Below, piece after piece: positions 38,961-51,963 of a DNA stretch of 64,000 nt. The position numbers were made by a program, and so were the translations under genes. This DNA comes from Adineta vaga. Lineage: Eukaryota > Animalia > Rotifera. Under the pieces are notes generated by a model. The model had not been told where the DNA came from. It saw nothing but the letters and a program-made list of their open reading frames with translations, and did no database searches. The stretch is taken from assembly GCA_021613535.1 (NCBI GenBank), contig CP075496.1:13516001-13580000 (forward strand), read 5' to 3'. Position 1 is the first letter of the stretch; each line of letters starts with the position of its first letter.

Positions 38961-41219
38961 CTATACATCATGACTTCGTCGAAAAAAAGGAGTTATTGAT
39001 TGTAATTTCGCTTTTGGTCTTAAAGGTTCTTGAATACTAGCAGCACTAATTAATCGAACAGATGTCGAACCACTTGATATACTATCATCAATATATGGTA
39101 ATTCATGTTCATTTCGTTTTTTCGTTGTTAAATAAGTTGTTGCATAAGGTGATGGACCTTTTAAGTTTGATGTTGACGGGAATGGAGGCGGTGGAGGTAG
39201 TTGTGTAGGTATAGAAAGAGTAGGTTGAGTAGAGGAAAATATTGTATCGGGTTCTAATTGAAATTCAACGTTTTTATAACGAGGTGTTGTTGCTGCTGAA
39301 GAATCTACTTGTATTTCTGTTGTACGACGAATATCTTTCAAAAGTGGTATCAAAGAACTACGTAAACGTTTTTGTCCACTAGGAGAACTTGTTGGTGTTG
39401 ATAACAAATCACTATGTGGAGATTCATGATGTCCACTTACAATTTGATCTGGTGCTAATTTAACAGAAATATCATGTCCAACAATTGTTTTACCTTGTCG
39501 AGGATTTGGTACTGGAGGAATATCAGGTGCAATCGTTTGATCAGTACTTTCATCATCGTCATCATCACCATCGTCATTATTATCATGTCTATGTTCTTCC
39601 GGATTTTCATTTAATTGATCAATTGAAATTGGTTTAAACAATGGTTCACGACCAATTGTATGTCTTTCTAATGATTGATAAAACACTTTATAAAGTTCTA
39701 AGATAATCTTTCGACAAACATAATCACTGACATTAGATGTAATTAAATGTAACATAAATGTTCCATCACCTTGTAAATATTTATAAACAAATTGACGTTT
39801 ATTATCAATTGTATGTTTATCTCCATCGGTAAAAAAATGTGATGTTAAACGTCGTTCAAGATAATGAAAACTATGATATGGTGAAACACGATAAATCCAA
39901 ATGAGAATGGATAGAAAATTAAAACATGAAAGAATAATCAACCAAAAGTAAAGATATGTAAAAATTTGTTGATTAAAAAGATTAAATGGTAATACACATT
40001 GAACAGTATAACGATGAGATTCTTTGGGATGATTAGGTTCACGAATACTGAAATCACAGAGAACCTAAATAGAAACAAATTCTTTTCTTTTCTTTGCTTT
40101 GCTTAACGAAGCATGTTGAAAAAGAACATTTTTTTATACAATTAACCTTTTTTTTTGTTCCTTTTCGTTAGATCTTATTCTGCTTAGTAAAGCAGATCGA
40201 AAAATCTCATTTTGTTTTATTATTAAATCTTTTCTCTTTTTTTTCTATTAAATAATTAGATTTCATTTCTTTATGTAGAATAAAAAAAAGGAAATCATAT
40301 CTAACTATCTTGAACTATTCATTGAAGAAACTTGAATAGAATATTAATTAAAACATACCACTTTAGGAAAATATTCATTTCCGGAATGGAGTAAACCAAT
40401 TTGTTTAGTCCAATATCGATAGATTATTTCAATACCATAAAACCAAAAATTTCTTCCTAACAAAACATTTAATAGAAGAATTTGTCCAATGGAATTTAAT
40501 AGATAAAGAAGTTTGATAAATATATAACTAATAATTAAGTAATTTCCCGTATAAATTCCAATTGGAAAGAATAAATGATGTGCCAAACGAATTAACTTGG
40601 CTTTTCGTGTTAATAAAGATTTCCTTGCATTAAGTTTAGTTAAACGATATGCATTAGAACAATAACTATCTAACCAATTAGTTAAATATTCAAGTAATTT
40701 AATCTTATCTTCATGTCGAATATTTGCTGAACGATATGTTTGTGCTGCTTCGGTTAAATCTTTCAAATCAACACCACTACGAAGACTTAAACCACGCCAA
40801 AATTGATGTGGAACATAGAATAGAATAGCCATTAAAAGAAGTATAAAAGGTGTCCATTGATAATATTTTAATTCATGTTCATGTCGTTGATTATATTCAT
40901 CAGGTAAAGATTCATGCATATCAAATGAATAAGTATTTGTTATAAAACATATTTGATTCACATATTGTTCATAACTACCAGTAAATTGAGCAGGAACCTA
41001 AATAAATCTATGATAGTTATTGAGAAAAAAAAGAACAAAAATATTACATACCCAACATTTAATTTGATTTTCACTAAATTGTCGATTAGTAACAATAATA
41101 GCAAAGACAGTTAAGATCACAACAGTATGTGAGTAGTTCAAACGATCAAAAAAATCATCATCAAATTTATTATAAGCAACGATTTCAGGTAAACGACGAA
41201 TTAAACAAAGAATATCCAT
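38961..41219 (-). CDS. Innexin (gap-junction protein), 3 exons, long Pro/Ser-rich C-tail
   Basis: DDDFFDRLNYSHTV, IKCW|VPAQFTGSYEQYVNQICF, YYQWTPFILLLMAILFYVPHQFWR, FPKV|LCDFSIRE, YTVQCVLPFNLFNQQIF, YLQGDGTFMLHLI. Confidence 0.96.
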
Positions 41220-44200
41220 ATAGAAAATGATTTATTAATTAAAGATAAGAAAAGAAAATGGAATCATTGATTTCTTAAAAAAAGAAAAGAAAAAAAACTA
41301 TATATATTCATGTCTGGTAGATTAGGATAAGACTACAAATGACTAAGCTGCGTGTTAATCTTCTAGTCTTGTCATCTAATCTTTATTAGAGAGTGACAGT
41401 TGATTGCATCATGATATAAGAACAAGGAAAAAATAGAATTCAAAGATTTCTCTCTTTTCTTCTTATTCAGGCGACAATAGACAATAATCAATCGATCAAC
41501 TATGACAGGTTTAACATACCATATTCTGATATGATTTGATAGCTATGCCATCCTCACGATTACATCATTCATCCGCACTCACAATCATGTGTATGCCTTA
41601 TCTTCTCATCGGAAATAGAAGAGGGAAAAAAAGTATTGAAGACATTGAATACAATCGACAGGACAGGTGTTACTTACTGTATGCATGGCATTTTGACTTG
41701 TAATTGATATAATATATATGTATGAGATAGACGTTTTAGAGAAAGAGAAGGAGAGGGAGAGAGAGAAAAACAAGACTATTGATTGGATTGATATGTTTTA
41801 CTGATGATTTGAGTATGTAACAATTCACCATCCGGCTAGTCCATGTATGGTAGACGAGAGACAATTATAGTGTATCATTATCATTATAGACAAAATAAGA
41901 GAATGTATTGCGGCAACGTGAAGCAAGTCTTTCATCGGCATCGTCTTCTTCTTTCTTCTCTGTTCGTTTCTTTTCTTGCCGATGGGATGATTGACCAGTT
42001 GAAGAAACAGAAGTTGAAGCAGATTGGATGTTATGTTGCAGGGTATATCGATACTAATAAAAGTCTTGTAGCCTTCTGTGTTTGTTCTACTATCGTCTAG
42101 TAGTAATACTGTTAGTCGTTCGTTCTCTTTCCTTTTTTTCCCACATAATGAGAAATAACCGGACACACGCAATCCTTGCAATATGATGATGATGATGATG
42201 ATGACGACCAGTTGGAACAATTATTGAGTACGATGACGAGAGCGATCCAAATTAGTTTTGCAGATGAATGTCACTACTGTTGGTCATTTTTCTCAATCAG
42301 TGCATAGACATACACACGCGCGCATACATCACATCACCATTAATTTCAATATGACCCGCATATATATGTGCAGAGTTTTTCTTAAGAATATAAGAAGAAG
42401 AGAAAAAAAAACCGAAGGAAAGTAAAAGTGTAGCTAAGAAAAAGCAAAAGGAAGGAAAAGAAAAGGGAAGAGTTTTCTTCTTCTTCGTTCACTCACTCAC
42501 ATAGTGTGTCACTCTTATCTAAGTACTACGGAAAAGATTAGCATGAAGAAAAATACAACGATGAATGTGAATATATCGTGTGCAGAAGTTCGCACACACA
42601 CATTTAGTAATTGCATCGTTTTCCCTCTCTCTCCTTCTTTTTGTCTAAATTCTATACGTCTTCTGTCCATTGAAAGCAAATAGCAGAGCTTTGGGACTAT
42701 CAAGATCGAGTTATTATTTTCACGAGAATAACATATGAAATAAGATTGACCTTGTATTTGTAATAAACCTTGAACTATATGATACAAATATACACTCTTC
42801 ACTTGTTCGGAAATAATCAATGTAATTCATCGAAGGTTTCTTTTCTTCTTTCTCATGATAAGTGCTCATTATTTCGATCATATTCAATCGTTTAATGTTC
42901 GATCTAAAAAAAGATCTTGTTCAAAAATTCTAACATAAACAACTAGATTTATTTTTCTATTGAAACAGTAGACATATGTTCAGACAATTCTATTGTCTAA
43001 TCTAATTAATATAGATAATTGAATCTAAATCTCCAATTGAATTGATAAAAAATAAAAATAAACTGAGAAAGTCTTTGACTAAACATAGTCATGATAAGTT
43101 TGCATTTCTTTCAACTATTTATGTATATTTAAAAGGAATTTACATTTCAAATGAATGAACTTACGTTGAATGTTGATGATCTATGCAAATATTGAAGCGG
43201 AACAATAAACATGAATTATAAATTAGATAAGAAGGAATTATTTGCACGATAAATCATTTTTCTTAGAGAAAAAAGAATGGTCTTTATGAAAAGGATTAAA
43301 TAGCTGATCTTGAATCTGTGAAACAATTCGATTCTTTGTTTATTTGATGTTCCTTATTAATCACATAGGTCATTCTTTTATAAACACATTCGAAATGTTT
43401 ATAGAATAAAACTCTTCAATCATGTAAAATCACGAAAAGAATGATCAATCGTTGACGTTTAATTTAATGATAAGATCTTTTCCAATCAACTACAAAAAAA
43501 AAAGAAGATATGAAGATAAAATGCAGAAGAGCAGACAAAAGAAATCATCTAGTGAACAAAGAACATCTGAATAGCAGAGAGAGAAAGAAAATGTTTATAA
43601 GATGAATTCATGGATAATTGTTGCTTTTCTTCAAGAAAAATAAGTGCAAAGATCACGAAATAATCTCTTCACTTTTCTCATATGTCGAAGTTTTCTGAGA
43701 AGAACATGAGTTTTGTTGAATAGCGTCAAAGCTATGTAATATGATTCATGAGATCCTAATAAATGTCACTCAACTTTGAAAGGAAATGGTTCATGTCGTG
43801 AATTGCTTTTCATTCTTTGAAGAAGAAGAAGAAAAAAGTGACGTTTTATCTTTTCTTTATGAAGTTCATCTTAAAATGTAAGTTTTAGTTTTAAAACTAT
43901 TATCCATCAATTTCAACGACAATTAGTTATAGAAAAAGAATTTCATTTCAATATGAGTTGCAGAAAAGTGACGATCATTTATTAATTTATGCTAGAATAG
44001 GATAGATATGAATAAGTCTTTTGCACATCAATGAATATTTATAGTAATTAATTTCTTCATTCATGCTGGAATAATATTACTTTAATCATGAAACATTAAT
44101 CTATTTGTTTTTGTCTTGATTCGAGAACTTTTTCTTGCATTAACTTTTTGTGATAGAAATATTTCGATGAAAATCTTTTAGTTATTTATCGTATCAATTT

Positions 44201-46240
44201 TGATCTTTCAGAATGAAATAGTAGAATAGTTTCGTAAAAATCAATTGGTATTTCTAACAAACAGAGTCCATAAGCAAACACATTTCTCTACAATAACACA
44301 GATAGCTTGTTAACGACTGTCTCTATTTAGTTAACATTTAGACGAAACAAACTTATCTCTCTCTAGATATCTCGAACTTGACAGGTAATACTGAATCAAT
44401 TCTTTCTCGTTTTTAGAAGCACCACTCGAAAAATCTTGTACTTCGTGAAACAAACAATCGATTATGATAGAAAAAAAGACGACTGATGTGAGTTTTTGAC
44501 TAAATCTTGTATGGGTATGTCAGTAGTAGTTTTCTTCCTCTTTTTTCTTTTTCTCCCATATAAATATCGATTGAGTATTCATTCTCTAGAGAACGGAAAT
44601 GAACGTATCTATATATGATGAAATTGATCACGATTGATTGCACAGATAACATGGGAAAAAATTGAATCGAATTGAATAATATTAATTCTGGTTGTTGGTT
44701 GTGTTAAATTAATCAATCGATATATATATATTCGTCAACTTTCTTCTATTTCTACTTGTTTTTATCGTTCATAACCTTGAAGCATGCGTAAATGTCGCTT
44801 CATATATTCCTTAAGACAAACTTTTTCATACTCGTTTCTATCTATATATTTGTTTGTCTCTCTGTCTATGTGCTTAGAATACAACAGCGCGAGAGGTTGT
44901 GAGATTTCCCTTTTATTTCTTAATCGTCATTATTCGAAGTTCTCTTTTTCAAAAAAGAAGAAAAAGAAAACATATCCGCTGAAAAAAAACAAATGAGAAA
45001 ATAAGCCATTATCGAAGACGGAGATGAGAAACGTGGTATTGTTCAATATAGAAAGCTAGTTTATTGTCACATCGTACTAGTAAATTAGAATGAATTGTTC
45101 ATTTGTTTGCTACCATATGCTGAGTATAGTTGTGTGCTGTTTCCGTTGATATTAATCAAAAAAGAAAACTAGAAGAAAAGAAAGTCGAATAAGAAGAAAG
45201 AAAACAAAGCGTCGATCGATTTAGCTGTATTGAAAAAAAAAGACGAGAGAAAGAAATAGTTAGATGATTAGTGTTAGTTATTTGAAAGACAGGCACATAA
45301 GTTGATAAAGACTCGACACATATGTCAATCGTGTTTCGTTGATAGATATCATTATGATATTACTTTCATTTGACGATCCAAAAGTTGTAATGTCCATCAA
45401 ATAACTTAAACGATTTCTAGACATATTTTACTCTCTATTTCTCATTGGATTGATAGATAGACAGATAGATAGATAGATAATCTATGCAGTTTTTGTTTTG
45501 CTATATATATACACACATATATATATATAGTACCTATAAACACTTCGTCGTTCTACCGTATGATACAAATGTTTCCGATCGTCGTCATCGTTTGTTGTAT
45601 TTTCCTTCTTCTTACCCGTCTTTTTGTCTTTTTCATCGACACGTCGAACAGGAGCTAATCAAAGCCAACACAATTATAGTAAGCACTTATCTCTTGCTGC
45701 TGTTTTTCTATGTTGCGAGTGTTAGCTTTTTTCTCTAGCAAATCGACGTCGGTAGTTGTCTTCTTAAATAACACGCACACACGCACATATATACAAAGGG
45801 AAAAAAAATCTTCATTAAATAATAGTTTCTCTTTCTTTTACTTCGAAAAATCATTTCACTATTTAGTTAATGATGATATTTTTATACGATATTATTGTCT
45901 TATAGAAAGTAAATGAGAAAGAAATAGACATTTATGGTTTATAATTGCATTCTTAGAGATTCTATACATAAATACGAATGTGTTATTGAGTTTTGTGAAG
46001 TTTTTTTTTCTTCAGGTCAAGTTTGATTAATATTATTTTTAATATTAAAGTATAACTTTAGGATATTTGATTTATATTCGATTTTTTAGATCAAATAGAT
46101 GAAAGTTTTTATTTAACTATTGGCTATTTTAACGATAATCATCATTAAGATCCATTTTTTCTTTTCTCTCGTTGACTTTTATCTAGTTTGTCGTTAAGTA
46201 TATCTACAACGCAATAAGATTAGAAGACAAACAATTCATC

Positions 46241-46768
46241 ATGCATTCGATGGTAGCTGCATTTAGTCCATATACGGTTAAACGACGTCGAGTTGAAATC
46301 GTTCGAGGTTATTGTTATCGATTTTTCCAATGTAGTTTTCCATGTGGTATTGTCATGCTTATACTTTCGATTTTATTTATTATCGTTGGTTCAACTCAAT
46401 TAATCTATATTATTCATTTCAATGGTTGTAATACATTATCAACATCGAATAGTGATATTAGTGAAGATTCTTCGACATTATCTCCAATATTATCATCAAC
46501 ATGGAAATGTAATCGACAAACAATGAGAGTTTTAGGTATAACATTTAGTGTAACTGGTTCAGTTCTCTTCTTAATCAGTATTATGGTTACAAAATATTCA
46601 CGTTCAAGCGAAGAAAATAATGTGATACGCACACCAGCATCATCTTTAATACCTAATCATGCAAAAACATCATTAACAAGTCATCATCATCCGCATCATC
46701 CACATTATTATCGTACACCATCTGGTTCATTAAATGAACCCAATACTATTGTCGTTTCAATACGATAG
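46241..46768 (+). CDS. Uncharacterised 175-aa protein with two predicted TM helices
   Basis: Single-exon ORF whose codon usage looks like that of the neighbouring genes. Hydrophobic GIVMLILSILFIIVGSTQLIYII and VLGITFSVTGSVLFLISIMV flank a Cys-bounded loop. Confidence 0.7.
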   Translation: MHSMVAAFSPYTVKRRRVEIVRGYCYRFFQCSFPCGIVMLILSILFIIVGSTQLIYIIHFNGCNTLSTSNSDISEDSSTLSPILSSTWKCNRQTMRVLGITFSVTGSVLFLISIMVTKYSRSSEENNVIRTPASSLIPNHAKTSLTSHHHPHHPHYYRTPSGSLNEPNTIVVSIR

Positions 46769-48521
46769 TTCAGTTCTTTTCTATGTCTTCACTCATCATA
46801 TCATTGTACATAATCTTTTTTTTCTTCTCTTCGTTGTTGTTGTTGTTGTTTCTTTTTTTCTGTGCTAAAAAAAGATAGAAGAGTAGCAGACACACACATA
46901 TATAAACGACATATAACAGTGCCTTATGGTAATTGCTCGGATAACCTTTTTATACGTATAATATATACGTCTCTTCAACTAAGTTATGCTAATCATGAAA
47001 GGAAAATACTTCGATGTATATTTATATAAATTATTCTAATCGTATTCGAAGAGTTTTGTCTTTGGAAAAGATATACTTAAGTATTCGATTTTATTTATGT
47101 TGAAGAAACAATGAATAGATTCATTTGATCGTCGATGAAGTGCAGAAATACATACGAATAGAAACATATGGTATGGATCGAGATTTTATTTTGAATTTAG
47201 AAAATTTTGACGATATCAATCATTAGTTTATAATCGAACTTTGATTGATTTGTCTTTTTCTAATGATTGTTTTATAATAGTACGAGACAATGTTATATTT
47301 ATCTTCTGTTTAAACATTGATGACATTGGTATTGGATTGTTGATTGTGATATATAGCATAAAGATATAAAAGAATAGAACTAAACTAAGTATGATAAATG
47401 AATTCAGATGTGACATTCGATTTATCGTATTAGAAAGACTTGTTATTAGTGTGGGTGAAAAGGGGAAAAACAAAAACACGATAATGAGCAGATCAAAACA
47501 GAAATCTGTCAAAAGACAAGCAAAAAATTTCATTAAAACTATGAGTAGGAAATAATATAGATGTAAAGTAGTATTCATCCGTAAATAGTTCTGTCATCCC
47601 TTACGGAAAAAGCAATATTTTCGATGAAAGATTATGTCATAAGAAGAAAAAGCGATTATCATCATTTCGAGGACTTTTTTTCTCCGGTCATTGGATGATT
47701 GATTGCAATAACCTGTCGTTTATCTATAATTTTATATCTGTTTATTATCAAGATGACAGATAGTCGAAAAAATTGGAAAATCAATAATCTTGTATTTGAA
47801 ACAATGAAGAATCTCGATCAAAAATGAAAGTTCGGATTTAATAATAATTCTTACCGAGAAAACGAACAGATGTGGGTTAAGAATGACACAAAGAAGAAAA
47901 GTAGTAATTAACTGTTGACACTTGAGCAAATACCATACCGACTATTAGCACTTCATTTGCTTCTTGTCTGTATCATCATATAATTATTATCTTTATTTAT
48001 AGAAAAAACACTTCGAATTAATAAAAATTTCAAAATCTTTCTTTCTTTAAACTAATAGTTGATGTATATATGTGTGTGTTTTATTAATTGTTTACATCTT
48101 ATCTTATCGTCCATTTCTATTTCGCATGTTTTTCCTTATTTCTTAGTGTTCGCTTACGATTTCTCTACTTGTTTTCTCGCTTCGGTTTCTTTTCCTATTT
48201 TCCAGACATAGCAATTTTTTCATCATCATCATCATCATCATCTTCGTTTGTACATTCTGTTTCTTCGAAGACTGTAACGAGTGCTTCAACACATAAGAAG
48301 AACACTCTTATACACTCTCGATTGATTTCTACTGACAACGTGCTATCCTTCATGTCAGAAAGACGAAATCTTCTTCCTTCTTAGTCTGCTTCTTCTCTTT
48401 CTCTCCTTCTCCCTCTCCCTCTCTCGATCTTCTTTCTCTTTTCTGACAAAACTCAACGAGATAAAGCACATGTTATTCCAAAACAATTAAGTATTTAGTT
48501 TTAACCGCATATCATTGTTTC

Positions 48522-49487
48522 ATGCAATCATCTTTTCCATTATCAACAGTACCGATCGATACGGTTGTAATCAAAGATTCATTATCGAAAAAAGCAACTA
48601 CAACAATACCTTTACATTCATCAAATACTAAACATCAACATCATTTATATAATTATTGGACATTAACTGAACGTTTACGAGCAAAAAATGAGAAATTAGT
48701 TAAAAGACAACACTCATCATGTCGTTTAGCATTTTATAGTTTATGGTTATTTCTCTTCGGTGGTATCATGATTATTATTGTTTATCGTTTTACAGAGGAA
48801 TGTTCACTAATAACTATCGATCGTACACAATTAGTTCTACGATGTTTTCGTCATCTTTTTCTATTCGCTGCTATTTCTATAAGTATATGTGCTTGTAGTG
48901 GAATTGTATATAGTATTTGTCGATATTTTCGATCTCAACCTAAACAAATCCTTGACGATGATGAATATAAATTATATTTGACTAAAACAAATGATGTTTT
49001 ATCTACTATTCCCAGTCTTCATGCATGTTGTTATCAAGAATCAATTACTAATGGTACATCGAATTTATCATCACAGCGAATATCTAATCCGAATGATGAA
49101 CATTCAAATACAACTGCAAGTTCATCATTACAAAATACTTCACCACAACGTAAAATTCCACCATTTACATATGAAGAATTTCCATCAACTCGAACATGTC
49201 CACATTCAATATTACCAAATATTATTGTTACATCAAATCCAAATCATACTAAAAATGCTTTTTTTTCTTCTTCAACATCCGATTTATCATCTCCACAATC
49301 GAATCATTCAACAACAATAATTACAAGTATTCATCATCCTACAACAACTAATCATAACAAACGTAAATCAACACTAACATTTGAAGATCCTTGTGCAAGT
49401 ACGCCAACATCCTATACAACTTGTGCATGTGGTATTGACATCTGGGAACGACAACAAAATTCAAATATTTCATCCACATCCCACTGA
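48522..49487 (+). CDS. Uncharacterised 321-aa protein with two predicted TM helices and a Ser/Thr-rich tail
   Basis: Single-exon ORF with TM-like LAFYSLWLFLFGGIMIIIVY and LFLFAAISISICACSGIVYSIC. AATAAA overlaps the stop. Confidence 0.75.
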   Translation: MQSSFPLSTVPIDTVVIKDSLSKKATTTIPLHSSNTKHQHHLYNYWTLTERLRAKNEKLVKRQHSSCRLAFYSLWLFLFGGIMIIIVYRFTEECSLITIDRTQLVLRCFRHLFLFAAISISICACSGIVYSICRYFRSQPKQILDDDEYKLYLTKTNDVLSTIPSLHACCYQESITNGTSNLSSQRISNPNDEHSNTTASSSLQNTSPQRKIPPFTYEEFPSTRTCPHSILPNIIVTSNPNHTKNAFFSSSTSDLSSPQSNHSTTIITSIHHPTTTNHNKRKSTLTFEDPCASTPTSYTTCACGIDIWERQQNSNISSTSH

Positions 49488-50033
49488 ATAAACTTATCGA
49501 CATGCATTGGTGCTATTGTTAGACAGTTAACAATATTTGATTTTTCTATTTTTTTAATGCTCTACATTTATCTAATGAAATCATCAGATCTTTTCATGAT
49601 TGATTTCATAATTATAACGTATAAAATAAAACTTTGTCTTATCTTCTTTTACTCGAAATTTCATCAGACACGTCTGTTGATAGAATTCATAATCTAATTT
49701 AATTATTCGCTTCAAGTAATATTAGTCAAATACAGGGAAAAAACTGCAGTAATAGATAGTTTTCTTATCCGTTGTAATTCAATCAAAATAAACCTATATA
49801 CGTGCGAAGATAAATATTCTCGTTCGAGTTGGCTTCATTTCGACGTGATCTATTTTCATAAACATCCGAAAGATAAGATTTTTTCTTGACGAATTCTCTA
49901 TTGACATGATAAGATAATTCATTCTTGATGAGGAAAGAAAAATATTATATAAAAAGAAAAATACTGCGACAATTATTGGACGGAGAAACGGAACACATAT
50001 GTTGACATATGTGAAAAGAAAATGTCATTCAAA

Positions 50034-51900
50034 TTAATTTTGTCGTTTAGGTTTCGATAAAGATTTTGCCATCAGCGCAACAAGTGCTTTCATAACATCA
50101 CCATTTGTTGATCTTAATTCTTCTATAGCTTGTTCTCTAGTGAATCCTTTTTTGGTTAATTCATTGATTGATTGTTCTGGAAAAGGAGATGGTGTTAACA
50201 TCGGTGGTTCTCTTCGTCGATGAGTTTGATTACTATCACCTAAAGATTAGAAATTCGTTTCCATGAAAAAAATAAAAACATGAGATATTCGTTTATTTAC
50301 CAGATGTTGCAATGGATTGTAAAGGATTTTCCATTTGATTGTGACCATCTGAACCGGGCGTATTCCCTGTTAATCGTGCATATAATGGTAATTCAGATTC
50401 AGGTAAAAAACTTGTTTCAACACTATTTTCAATTCGAAGAACATTCTTTTCTAAATCAATGACACACTAAAGATAAAATCAAGTCAGAATTTTCTTTCTC
50501 TTTTTTCTTCGAATTTCGTTGTTACTCGATGTCGTCGAAGCATATCAAGTCCAATTAACATATCAATCGATTGATCTTCGAGTACGGATAATGATGTAGC
50601 AAAAAACTGTTTTTCGACTTCAAGCTGTGCTAAAATAAATATCAAAGTTGACAAGGAAGAATGACATCGAATAAAGAAACAGACCTAAATGAATACGTCC
50701 AAGAATTTTTTGTGTACCAACACCTTTTGCAATTCCATGGAAACGTGTATCAACAAGACGCATGATTCCACAACGTTCGGCACATGCTTTACTCATAATG
50801 GTCATTTGTGCACCCGAATCAACAAATGCTTTTACTGAATGACCATTAATTTTACAATTCTAATGACAATTCAATCGAATTTTTTAGTTTCTATGAGAAC
50901 TATCTTACAATATAGAGCATAACAACGTTGCCGAAAAATTCCGGTGCATGTTCATAAGCATGTTCCATATTATCCATGACATTATTCATACTAATGGAAC
51001 ACATCAAATGGAAAAAATATGAAGAGAATCTTTTCTTTACTTGATACGTTCTTCAATACGTCGTTGAATATTCGGATCAAGTAGATCAAGTTCCGGTGAG
51101 CGATCTCGTCCACTCTGACGAAGTGCCATTCGATTCATAGCAACTTGCATGAATGCCACTGAGATAAGCAATACGATCGATACGGTTTTTATTCTACTTT
51201 TTATTCTACATACTCATATCATTTCGTTCAATAGCTTCGGCTAATTGAGGATCACTTTGTCGAAGTTCTTGTAGTGCTTCTGGATTAGAACGAATTTGAG
51301 CGAAAAGCTCTTGTGGGTTCGAACCTTCATAACAAAAAAAAATGTGAAGTAAACGATTACTAGAAATACAGACAACAACATACGATCCACTGGGTGCCGT
51401 GTCGAAGTCGTAGTCGTAGTTCCTCGTGAGTTTCGATTCTCATTAGCTAAAATATATGATTCAATCTTTAATAATTGAATTGAATTGTTCATCATATTTT
51501 CATCAATCAAATGTAGCATATTCAAATACAAATCAACTCACGCATCGATTCGGAAAATTAGATGATAATTATGTTTCCCTAAAAAATCATCTATGAATTG
51601 TCTTTCTCTACATTACATTTCTTCATTTCGACAAACTATTGTTTTTTTTCCTATACAAAGCTTACATAATTTTCGTTGACAAGTAACAACATCATAATCT
51701 TTAATATTTGCTTGTTCAAGTGTTTGATTTTCATCTCGAAGTAATTTCCCGTCATAATAAAGATTCATATCATTCGCTTCGATGCCAAAATCTGTTTCTG
51801 ATGTAATTATAAGTTTTAAATCTTTAATCGTTAAATCCGGCGCTATTTCTATTGTTAATAATTCTTCACTTCCACCATAATTTGCTATTGAAATATGCAT
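50034..51900 (-). CDS. DDI1: DNA-damage-inducible protein DDI1 homolog (UBL - retroviral-like protease - UBA)
   Basis: N-terminal UBL; [17 protein letters not shown]|[48 protein letters not shown]; C-terminal [32 protein letters not shown]. Confidence 0.95.
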
Positions 51901-51963
51901 CTGAAGAATACGTTTACTTCGTCGAAACAAGAAATCTCTATCTAAAACGAAAAGAATAAAGAT

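Noticed and set aside
41825-48384. Short ORFs from the ORF track in the intergenic region (e.g. 41825-42220, 42515-42820, 47228-47578)
   Set aside because: Low-complexity F/L/I/K-rich translations typical of AT-rich noncoding DNA, with no domain motifs.
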